A stretch of DNA of 64,000 nucleotides from Histomonas meleagridis 2922-C6/04-290x (lineage: Eukaryota; Protista; Parabasalia): the NCBI GenBank assembly GCA_020184695.1, contig JAANOX010000177.1, forward strand, positions 60,117 through 124,116, read 5' to 3'. Shown here in pieces: positions 33,188 to 44,197 of the stretch. Both the position numbers and the translations under genes were made by a program. Every line of letters starts with the position of its first letter. Position 1 is the stretch's first letter. Under the pieces are notes generated by a model. The model saw only the letters and a program-made list of their open reading frames with translations, was not told the origin of the DNA and did not search any database.

Positions 33188-34966
33188 TTATTGTAATTGG
33201 AATTTGACTAAATCAGCATAGAATCCGTTCTTCGCTAAGAGTTGCTGATGTGTGCCTTCTTCAAGGATATGGCCATTTTGGAACACCAAAATTCTGTCTG
33301 CGTTTTTCACAGTTGCCAATCTATGTGCAACCATGATAGCCGTTTTTCCGTGCCTAAACTTTTCGAGCGATCCTTGAACTAACCTTTCGCTTTCTGTATC
33401 GAGTGCAGCCGTAGCTTCATCGAGCAATAAAATCGGAGCATTTGCTAATATTGCACGTGAGATACAAATACGTTGTTTTTGTCCACCACTTAAACTTGTT
33501 TGATGAACAACTGATGTGTATTGATTAGGGAAATCCATAATAAAATTATGTGCATTACCAACTTGCGCTGCTTTAACAACTTCTTTTTTAGTCGCATCTT
33601 CTTTGGATAATTTAATGTTCTCTAAAATTGTCATTGAATATAATACAGGCGTTTGTGGAACAATCGAAATATATGAACGAAGACTAACAGGTGAAAATTC
33701 CTTAATGTCTTTTCCATCAATAAGAATTTGGCCACTATCAATTTCATAAAATCGTTGAATTAATTGAAGTGTTGTTGACTTACCACATCCACTTTCTCCG
33801 ACAAATGCAACAGTTTCACCTGCATTGATCTTAAAACTCAAATGTTCAACTGCATAATTCTTTGTGCCCTCATATTTGAAGCAGACATCTCTGAACTCAA
33901 TAGTGCCCTTAACGTTCTCTAACGTTTTCCCTTCTTTGCGGTTAACGTTCGGCTCCTCTTTCAAAATTTCAATGATCTTAGCCGCCGAAACCGCCGCTTT
34001 ACTCATTTCTTCAGAAACAGAAAAGGCAAGTGTTAAATTAACAACTGCTTGAATCATTGTTATGAACATAATGAATACACTTCCTGTTTCATAACCATAA
34101 TATGGAGTTTTAATAATTAAATAACATCCATAATAAATAATTAAAGCAAGCATACAATGTGCTAAAAGAGCAACAATACAATCTTTGATACCTTGAGCAA
34201 TACTAGTTTTCTTGAAAATTTTATCAACTTCTATAAGATCTTTGTGATATAAATCAGATTCATATAATTCATTATCAAAAGATTTAATGGTTCTAAAGGA
34301 TGAAATTACTTCTTCGGCTTTGTTAGCTGCAGCAGATGAATTATCGTTATAATCAATCCAAATTTTATCAATAAGTTTATTTCCAATTATATAAATAATA
34401 ACGCATAAAACAACGATTGCAGCTCCAGGTAAGGTTGCACGCCAACACTTTACAAAACTTAAGATAACACCAGCAATTGATCCGACACCCATATTTACTG
34501 CTTGGAATAATTTGTCCACATAAATGTCATGAACTATTGTTAAATCCTGAGAAAGTCTTCCAACCATAATACCTGTAGGTGTTTTATCAAAATAATTAAT
34601 TCCCATTTCTAAAAATTTCTTATAAACTTTTTTTCTAAATCCTGCTATTATATAAGCAGCTGTCCACCATTTTACTTCGAATGTTATTGGTGTAATGATT
34701 TCATAAGCAATGTAGTAATAGATCATGTTCATAATAACAGGTTTAAAATTATCAAGGAAATTGTCTCCTGTTAACGTATTTACCACATCTCCTAAGAATA
34801 TTGTAAGAATAATTGGCATACATCCTTGAATTGCTGCAAGTACAAACAATGTAACAAATTGTGCTTTGTGATCATGATAACTTATTAAACGAAAGAACTC
34901 ACCACCTCTCCTAAGATTTTTGTCTTCTTCATTTACCACACTTCTGAATATTGTTACTGGTGGCAT
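33188..34966 (-). CDS. ABCB-type half transporter (TMD-NBD), intact
   Basis: FDKTPTG...RL, GESGCGKST, LSGGQKQRICISRA, LLLDEATAALD, VAHRL. First ATG 34966. Confidence 0.93.
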   Translation of the reverse strand: MPPVTIFRSVVNEEDKNLRRGGEFFRLISYHDHKAQFVTLFVLAAIQGCMPIILTIFLGDVVNTLTGDNFLDNFKPVIMNMIYYYIAYEIITPITFEVKWWTAAYIIAGFRKKVYKKFLEMGINYFDKTPTGIMVGRLSQDLTIVHDIYVDKLFQAVNMGVGSIAGVILSFVKCWRATLPGAAIVVLCVIIYIIGNKLIDKIWIDYNDNSSAAANKAEEVISSFRTIKSFDNELYESDLYHKDLIEVDKIFKKTSIAQGIKDCIVALLAHCMLALIIYYGCYLIIKTPYYGYETGSVFIMFITMIQAVVNLTLAFSVSEEMSKAAVSAAKIIEILKEEPNVNRKEGKTLENVKGTIEFRDVCFKYEGTKNYAVEHLSFKINAGETVAFVGESGCGKSTTLQLIQRFYEIDSGQILIDGKDIKEFSPVSLRSYISIVPQTPVLYSMTILENIKLSKEDATKKEVVKAAQVGNAHNFIMDFPNQYTSVVHQTSLSGGQKQRICISRAILANAPILLLDEATAALDTESERLVQGSLEKFRHGKTAIMVAHRLATVKNADRILVFQNGHILEEGTHQQLLAKNGFYADLVKFQLQ

Positions 34967-35104
34967 TATGAAAAATGTGAAGCATTTTTGGGCCAAATCG
35001 TTTTGTAGTCAAATCGGTTGTAATCTATTCAAAGGGTACAAAAATTCAATTAAAATTTGAAAGTTTTTCATAGAATTTCATGACCATCTTCAAAGAAAGA
35101 TTTA

Positions 35105-36997
35105 ATGTCTCGTAAATATTCCTCAGAGTTTAGTTCAATAGATACAACTACAATCTCAAAAAAAAGCTTCCGGTGACTTAGATCCAAAGAAAGAAATGAA
35201 AGCAAGACTTAAATTATATGGAATGTTAATGAAATATAAAAAAGCTGTCATTGGTATATTTCATTCATTTATATTTGATGCTGCACCAATAATTACTTTT
35301 ACATTTTTAGGTAAAGTTATTACATGTTTAGGAATTCATTTTTCATCAAATGGAGAAATTGATGTTTTTGGTGATATAGAAAACTATTCCTTAGCTTTAT
35401 TAGGTGTAGCTATTATTTTATGTGTGTGTAAATTTTTTGATAGTTTTCTATGGATTCGCGTAGGATCTGAATTTACTACAGATTTAAAAGCAAAAGTTTT
35501 TGACAAATTAATGAGAAGCGAAGTAACGTATTTTGATGTTACATCGATGGGACTATATTAACATTATTAGGAGAATCACAATCAATTCAAGACAATTTTG
35601 GCATTACGAAAGGAAATCAGTTTCAATATATCGGACAAATGCTTTCAGGTTTTGTCCTTACGTATGTTTTTGCATGGAAAATTGGACTAATTATCACATG
35701 CATTATACCGTACACAGTATTTTTCATTTTTATATTCAGTAAATTTATTGATCGCCATATTAACTTACGCTTTATATATGTTTCTGAATCAATGACAATC
35801 GCCGAAGAAACGTTATCAACAATTCGAACTGTCCGAGGGTTTAATCGTGAAGATTCCGAATATAAGCGATTTTCGGATAAAACTGATTTATCAACACGCG
35901 AATATAAAAAGTTTGGTCTATTTTTAGATACAATGTATTACATAGTATTAATTGGATTATGGGTTATCTTAGTCGGTAATTTATATTAAGGCGCGTTATT
36001 AGTCGATAAAGGCGAATTAGATTCAGGCACATTAATGTCTGTGTTTGGCTATATGACATTTGGCTCATATTCAATCATTAATTTACAAACATCATTACAA
36101 GGAGAACAAAAGGCGATTCATGCAGGCTCAAGACTATTAGAAATGATTGGACATGAATCATCGATACCATTTGAAGGAGGAGAAACATTAGAAGACTTTA
36201 AAGGTCGAATTGAGTTCCGAAATGTTTCATTTAAATATCCAACACGCGATGCGTTTGTATTAAAGAATGTATTTGTTATTAAGCCTGGTCAAATGGGTGC
36301 TTTAGTTGGACATTCAGGATCAGGGAAATCGACATGTGTACAATTGCTCGAAAGATTTTATGATGTAACAGATGGACAAATATTATTAGATGGACATGAC
36401 ATTAAAACTTTAGATCCGCATTGGTTACATCAAAAAATTGGATTAGTATCACAAGAACCGATTTTGTTCCAATTAAGTATTAAAGATAATATTAAATATG
36501 GAGTTAGAGATGCAACTGATGAAATGATTCGAGAAGCTGCTGAAAAAGCAAATGCATTAAAATTCATCGAAAAATTGGATGGAAAATTCGACTATTTCGT
36601 TGGTGAAAAAGGCGATACACTGAGTGGTGGACAAAGACAAAGAATTGCAATCGCAAGAGCTTTGATTAAGGATCCGGTGATACTGATTACTGATGAAGCA
36701 ACTTCTGCTTTGGACGCTGCAAGCGAAAAGAAAGTTCAAATTGCATTGGACGAAGTAATGAAAAATAGAACTGCTGTTGTTGTGGCGCATAGATTAAGTA
36801 CTATACGAAACGCAAATGTAATTTATGTGTTCGATGCAGGAGAAATCGTCGAAGTCGGAAATCATCAGTCGCTGATTGAGAAGAAAGGACATTACTACGA
36901 GTTAGTGAAAAGACAACTTGAAGAAGGAACAAAAAATCAAAACGTTAAAGTTAAGGCTAAACCTAAAGAAAGAAGTGAAGAGTCATCAAGTAGTTAA
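35105..36997 (+). pseudogene. ABCB-type half transporter (TMD-NBD) with two frameshifts and an in-frame TAA
   Basis: MSRKYSS from ATG 35105; one extra A in the run near 35160; 1-nt loss near 35550 (SMG/TILTLL); LY*GALLV at 35987-35989. The NBD is intact (GHSGSGKST, LSGGQRQR, DEATSALD). Confidence 0.85.
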
Positions 36998-37546
36998 GTT
37001 ATCAATCTCCTAATGATTAGAAAATTATATTACTTAATGTTCAAGTAGGAATCGCAAGAAGCAGAAAATGAATTCAAAGCGAACGTTAAATAATTTCAAA
37101 CGTTCTGCGATTTTCCGTAATCTTCTGAAAAATTTGTCATTTCTAACGACTTTTTCATAAATTTACTTTATAAGTTGCTTACGGATTTGAAAGGAATTAA
37201 ATGTATCGGATTTTTCGATTTTGTAAACCATTTGCATGCAAATGTAATCGTTATTCAATTTTTTCGTGTTTGTGAGAAAATATTTGGCATTTTTTTTTCA
37301 GGTTTTGTGATTGAAAAAAACAGTCGATATTGTATGGTTTACAAACGCCATTGTTTTGAAAGTGCTGCAAAGTTACAAAAAATTTTTAAGTAAATCCATA
37401 CTTTGCATATGCTTGGTTTGTTTTATCTCTCAAGCAATATTAAGTATCTCATGTTTTGTCAACAAATACATCAAATTGTCTGGTTAGGAATTCCATTTTT
37501 TATTCTCAATTTATTCTATAAACATAATGTTTCCAATAATAAAAAA

Positions 37547-39230
37547 ATGAGTTTGAAGTGCTACCATCGCTTCTATTTCTTTACTTATTTTTTTATTCTA
37601 TTTTTGTCACACGCAATTGAAATTTTCGATGATTCAACAGGTACTTTGACTATTAATAATAATGATGATTTAAACGAAATATACAATTACCAAGAAAGCA
37701 CCAAATACATTATAATTAATGGTGGAGAAAATGGAATCACTGAAATTTCAACTTTTGCTTTCCATACTTGGCCTTTGTTATATTCAGTTGAAATTGGTGA
37801 TTCTGTTAAAACTGTGGGTACCTATGCTTTTCAATATAGTCCAATAGAAATAGTTAAATTCACTGAAGGACTGGAAACAATCGAACAAGCTGCATTTATG
37901 TATTGCAATTTAAAAAACGTTGTTATTCCAAATTCAGTAAAGAAGATAGCGATGAATGCTTTTAGTAATTGTTATCGTTTAGAATCTATTATACTTGGAG
38001 AAAATCTCGAAGAAATTGGTGTAACTGCATTTTCTTCGTGTTCTTCGTTGCCTAATATTACAATACCAAAATCAGTTGCTTCAATTGGATTTGGGTGTTT
38101 TAATCAATGTTCAAATCTTCGTTTTATCAAAGTTGCAAGCGAAAATCCTTATTATTCAAATTATAATGATGGTGTTCTTTATAATAAGTTATTGACAACT
38201 ATTGTTTGTTATCCAGCTGCAATTACAAATAAAAGTATTAAGATTAATGTAAATGAAATTGGGCGAAATTCGTTTTATATGTGTAATTCACTAGAAGAAA
38301 TTGAGATTTCAGGTTCAGATATTATATTTAATAGTTATGCAATTTATTCATGTTCGAATCTGAAATCAATTATTGTAAAAGGTAATATAATTGACATAGA
38401 ATCATATGTATTTAATCATTGTCGAAATCTAAAATGTTTTTATTATTATGGCGATTCAAATCCACAAGTAACAACAACTTCTTTTACAGGATGTTCAATA
38501 GATAAAGTTATGGTATTAGACACATATAATATTGATTGATGGTACTTTGGAAGTAGTACATGCAACAGCATTAGAAGGGTGCAATCCATGGCAATTATCG
38601 ACACAAACATTTTCGATGTTGTCCACATTATCTAAGTCAAATACATATACAAATACATTTTCTATATCAAATACGTATACAAAATCAAATACATTGTCTA
38701 TGTCAAATTCATTTTTGCAATCAAATACATTTTCACATACATTCATTAAATCAAATACATTTTCTAAGTCGAATATAACGATTTCTAATGAGCATTCACT
38801 AACGTTAACTATATCAATTTCAATTACACAAATGGTAATATATAATTCATTTATCTCAAACACATTATTTCTTACATTAATTAATTCACTTTCCACATAT
38901 ATTTATACTGAATTTATATTTTATAACTATACGATACATAAATATTTTACATATTATACATATTATTCTAATTTCTTTACAACTTCAAAAAATACACCAC
39001 AAGAGCAACACAACATACAAAACAATCTTTTAATTGGAATTATATGCGGTGCAGTTGTTGCTATTCTTTTGATTGTCAGTATTATTATTTTTGTAATTCG
39101 CAAAAGTAAAAACCAAAATTTAAATTCGGAGAAAATTTCAAGAGATTTTTCAGATAGTTCAAGTCAAGACAAACATATGAACGAAGCTCTCGACGTGTAT
39201 TCTGCGAATGAAAATGACAAATGGATTTAA
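37547..39230 (+). pseudogene. BspA-like (TpLRR/LRR_5) surface protein with S/T stalk and TM helix; frameshift near 38535
   Basis: Signal-like N-terminus and LRR_5 units (IPNSVKKIAMNAFSNCYRLESI). ORF 38532..39230 supplies the stalk, TM (LLIGIICGAVVAILLIVSIIIFVI) and tail in another frame. Confidence 0.8.
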
Positions 39231-39334
39231 AATTTCATAGAGACTCATTATGAAATGATTCGTTATCAAAAGAAAATATTTAATTTCATATTTATTGTAA
39301 ACGATTTAAGTCATTTTTCTCATATAAAATATTT

Positions 39335-40084
39335 CTAAATATTAACTCCAAAAAATTGCTTAAGCGCATAGTGCGAAATAATACCGGCAAACAATCCAAG
39401 GAACGACGGAGTATCATTCTGTGAGATTAAGATGAATAAGACAGCGCAAATTCCGAACATGATTCCCATCATAAATCCGACCAAAAACTTGAGAAGTGGA
39501 CTAATGGATGGTTGGTCGTCGTTTTCAAGATCTTCTGTGTTTTGTTCGATGTTATCTGTGTCATGATTTTGGTGATTAAGATTTAAATTTGGAATATACA
39601 TTCGTAAGTCTTCAAGCGGATTCTCATGGTTAAATATTACAGGGAACCATTCTTCTTCAACTTCAATTCGTTCTTCTGGAGAAGCATCAGATGTTCCATG
39701 TAATCGATGAAAATTATTTCTAATTTCGGCAATTTGTTCTTGGCTATAGCTCATACGAGAAAGGCGATCGAAGCCACGAAGTTCAGTTTCGAGTGGTTCT
39801 TGTTTGGTGTCTTGTGGTTTTGCTCTGAAAAAAACATGAAGAGTAAATTCATCATATGTATCGATTTTAAGAACGTCTTCATTTTTATCAAGGATTCGTC
39901 CTCTGTATATAATACATATTGTTCTGTTATCAGGTTTCTTTATAGAATCATCATTTTGGATCATTTCAATTATATCACTTACCTTTGAATTTTGTTTTGG
40001 ATGGAAGTCAACACGATTCCCTGTTGGTAGGAGTACATGAATTATTGGAAATTTTGGGGTTTCGCTAGGAGCAGCTTCTCCCAT
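39335..40084 (-). CDS. Dsc3-like protein (ubiquitin-like domain, GFDRL domain, two TM helices)
   Basis: UBL region with IIYRGRIL, then RGFDRLSRMSYSQEQIAEIRNNF...EEEW, then a C-terminal TM pair. First ATG 40084. Confidence 0.75.
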   Translation of the reverse strand: MGEAAPSETPKFPIIHVLLPTGNRVDFHPKQNSKVSDIIEMIQNDDSIKKPDNRTICIIYRGRILDKNEDVLKIDTYDEFTLHVFFRAKPQDTKQEPLETELRGFDRLSRMSYSQEQIAEIRNNFHRLHGTSDASPEERIEVEEEWFPVIFNHENPLEDLRMYIPNLNLNHQNHDTDNIEQNTEDLENDDQPSISPLLKFLVGFMMGIMFGICAVLFILISQNDTPSFLGLFAGIISHYALKQFFGVNI

Positions 40085-40692
40085 TTTAACTTTGGAAAAA
40101 GTGACAAAATTCGGTTTCCTGAAAAATCGACTAAAGATTGTCAAATTTGTTATCATGCACATTCATCAATTTCATTCAATTTTTATTGTTTTTTGTGGGA
40201 AATTAGTTGGTCATAAAAAAGAATGATTATGAACAAAACTCAGGGAATAAATTAAATTTATGCATAAATTTCTTGAGTAACTTGAAATACTGGAATTATG
40301 TTTTTAGTTTAAACTTTTGATTAAAATTTTTTTTATTAATAATATGATCGCTGAAAATTTATGAAACTTAAAATTTTATTCTAATTCCTTGCTACATATA
40401 ATTTCACAAAAAATGGTCATAAGATTTATATTTTTGTTTAAGATTAATTGGAAATTTATTTTAAACGCCTCTTTTTTTTCAATCTTTAAAAGAAATTTAA
40501 ATTTCACAAACATAAAAAATATCAGCAATTTTGATCTTATTATTTGTTTATTTCTTTAAATTATGTTTCTTGTAAATCAATTAGAAGTATTGAATAATTT
40601 TTTTTAGAAAGATAATAGTTTGATTTTTTTTGGTATGCTAAAGTAATTTTTTGCAATATTTATAATTTAATTGTTGCAACAATTTAATGTTT

Positions 40693-41475
40693 TCATTGTA
40701 CAAAATACTTTTTATTTATATGAACAAAATTGTCTTCTTTGAAATCTTTTGCAAATGGACCTTCGTCAACACCGTTTTTAGAATATTCAATCAAAAAGTT
40801 ATTTGTTTCGTTTTTATTTTCTTCAATATAATTCGATTCTTTTTCAAATATTTTTCGTTTATTTCGAACACAAATTGATATTATAATATGTGTTGTAATT
40901 CTAACAATTACTAAAATCAAAACTCCGATAATAATATAAATACATGTTTAGTCTTCAGTTTTTACATCATTATTTTCTGCAACAAAATAAAAATCCGGGT
41001 GAGATGTGAAATATTTAGAATAAATAATACGATATTGACGAATTTGTATCAGTAATCAATGATATTCATTCACTTTTTCAATCATCAGATTGTGAAAGGC
41101 TTAAGAGTTTATAGAACATAGCAATTTATATGTACGAATTATATGAAATTTGAAAAATTTGATGAATAGATTATAGCCCAAAAAATGGTGACAACAATGT
41201 CTGCTATTGTACTTGATACTAATAAATGTAAAGAAAGAAATTTCATGAGGTGCAAAAACCTCGGAATTTATTTCAGGATAGAAAATAACTTGGTCCTCCT
41301 CCTCCTCCTGTGATGATAAAATCGAAGCAGGATTCTCAACCCCACATCGTAACGGTTTTTTGAATGCTTTTTCAAACCAAAACGAACAATTGCAACACAA
41401 AAAACACAAACCGTTGTTATGGATTGAAATCGAAAAGCCAGATACCAAAAAATGAAATATGATGGACATTCTCAA
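40693..41475 (-). pseudogene. Relic of a single-pass surface protein gene
   Basis: A TM-like segment (IYIIIGVLILVIV...ICVRNKRK) and tail EGPFAKDFKEDNF resemble the tail EDPFADDFKEEKF of the BspA at 41983-43536. Upstream part is interrupted by stops. Confidence 0.55.
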
Positions 41476-41982
41476 TTAATGGTATTATTAATTCATGTTG
41501 GCGCTTTAATCCTCTTGGTAAATTTCAACAAGCATGTTTTTATTCGAAGAAAATATAATTTTAATTATCTTACTGAAAATATAACAATGAGCATGCAATA
41601 TGCATAACAAAAACATTCATAATATGCAAATTAATCGGATAAAATGCATAAAGAGTCAAATACCTTTACAAAAAACTCAAACAACATAAATCATTTACTG
41701 CAATGCGTTTCATTCAGCAATAACAACAACAACAATGTAATAGGCTTTAAGAATTTTATTTCTCCAAAATTATTAATTTCATATTTTTATTCTAAAATGA
41801 CTGTAATCTTTCATTTCTGCCATAATATATATCATTTTAATGAAAGTTTTCAATGTTATTTATCAATAAATTGCAACAATAATATTCTTAAAATTCTACC
41901 AAAGATATTTAATGCATCAATTACTTTCATATATGCAAACATAACTTTGTTAGTATTTATATTTTTTACTTTCTTTTACAAA

Positions 41983-43536
41983 ATGTATTTTAATCAGAAA
42001 AGCATTCATCAAAAAAACGAAGTTATTCTGATTCTATTGATTATATTTTTTGTTAATACAAAGCAATCATATGACGAAGAGACAAAAACACTCACAATAT
42101 CTGATTCCATTGATTATTCAAAAGATTATATGAATGATACAGAACGTGTTATAATTATTAATGTTGGCGAGCTTGAAAGTAATGCATTCAGAGAATGGCC
42201 TTTATTAACAACAGTAATAATTGGAGAAACAGTTGAAAATATAAATAGTGGAGCATTTTCATCATGTAAACAATTAGAATATGTCCAATTTCCAGATAAA
42301 TTAATGGGTGGAATTGGAGGTGGTGCATTTGCAGAATGTATTTCATTAAATAATATTACAATTCGTTGTAATACCATTAGTGGTAAAGCATTTTATCAAT
42401 GTACAGGACTTGAAACGATAACTTTATATGAAGGCGTACGAAATATTGGCTCAGATGCATTCAGAGGATGTACAAACCTTGTGAATATTTATATACCAAG
42501 TTCTGTTACTTCGATTGGGAATCCATTTTTAGAATGTACAAAACTTCAATTTATTAATGTTTCAGAAGAAAATATTGGATATTCGAATTATGAAAATGAT
42601 GGGGTTTTATATAATAAAGAAATTACACAAATTATTAGTTATCCGAATGGGAAAAGTAAAACATTTACAATTCCTAAATCAGTCATTTCTATTATGAATT
42701 ATGCTTTTGCAAGTTGTAATAATTTATAAAGAATTTTTATTTGTGAAAATGTTCAATATATTAATTCATGTGCATTTGTTAATTGTACATCACTTTAATG
42801 TATTTATTTTAATGGAGAAATTTCACCAGAAATACGAAATGATGCATTTGTTAATATAAATGCGACAAGAGTTATGACAATAGAAACATATCAAAATGAA
42901 ACATTTGGAAATATGGAAATTACTAAGGGAACAACACTTGACGAATGTCTCCCGCCAACACGCACATTCACTAATTCATATACATTTACTGAATCGGATT
43001 CACTAACTGCATCAGTTGCTCATTCATCCGATGAAACTTTATCTTTAACACATTCGTTCACTTTAACTCATTCATTATCTATTACACTTTCGATTACATT
43101 TTATAGTAAATACATAAATACAATTTCATTGTTAACATTTGAATCAACTTATAGTTATATATCAACAAATGTCATTTATTACGATTACACTGTTATATAT
43201 TATTCGTCTTATTATAGTTATTATTCTGACTTTTATACATTAGTTGTCACTGATGTTACTCCAAAAGATAATTCGATATCAAATGAATTGTTAATTGGTA
43301 TTATATGCGGCGCTATTGTGATAGTTTTGATAATTGTTGGAATTGTAATATTTATGATTAAATATCAAAATAAGAAGCGAAAACAAAATGAAGAAGAAAT
43401 GAAGATTTCAGATGAAAATAATAATAAAATTAATGAAATAGATAGTACATTTTCAGTTGGTATTAATAATTCAAATATTGAAGAAGATCCATTTGCAGAC
43501 GATTTCAAAGAAGAAAAATTTATAAGTCAGATATAA
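41983..43536 (+). pseudogene. BspA-like LRR_5 surface protein with two in-frame TAA (42727, 42796)
   Basis: ORFs 41644..42729 and 42874..43536 are in the same frame. The linker reads NNL*RIFICENVQYINSCAFVNCTSL*CIYFNGE. Stalk, TM and tail are intact. First plausible ATG 41983. Confidence 0.8.
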
Positions 43537-44197
43537 ATAAACATATTTTGAGAACAAAATAATTTTATTTTCTTTATTAATTTCATAAAAGATAAATAAT
43601 TGTTTATTTAGAGATTGGGTCTGCATGATCAGAAGCTATTTCACAATTTATACTAACAGAGTTTCCAATAAGTTCATAGAATGATTGCCAAAAGGTATCA
43701 ACCCTTATTTTTAAAGATTGATATAACTTTGCTTCAAAAACGTACAACAACAGACATGTATGTTGTGCTGAAATTGAATGTTTTAAATGTTGACACCACT
43801 CTTTCAGACAGGAATCTACCTTCAATTTCCACATATTTCAGCCTTTCCTATTATGCCTCCTCAATTCCACATGAAGTAATACTTTAAATCCAAAAATTTA
43901 TTTGGAGTTTCCATGCAAATTTCAATTCGAATTAATCGTACAATAAAGCTAAACGGAACCCTTAGTTTAATGTAATGTTTACAAATTTGGGGTTAATGTA
44001 TACAATTTTTGAATTAAATTGAGAAGAATCCATCAATCAAAAAATCAACGAATAATCTTACAATTCTTTTTTTATCAGCAACAGGTATCTTTTCATCATC
44101 ACCTGCAATCGTATCTCCATCTCGCATTTCAATTATTAAATCTCAATTTTCTAGATATTTTTCTCATGTAATTTTTAATGCAAATTTAAACATAAAA

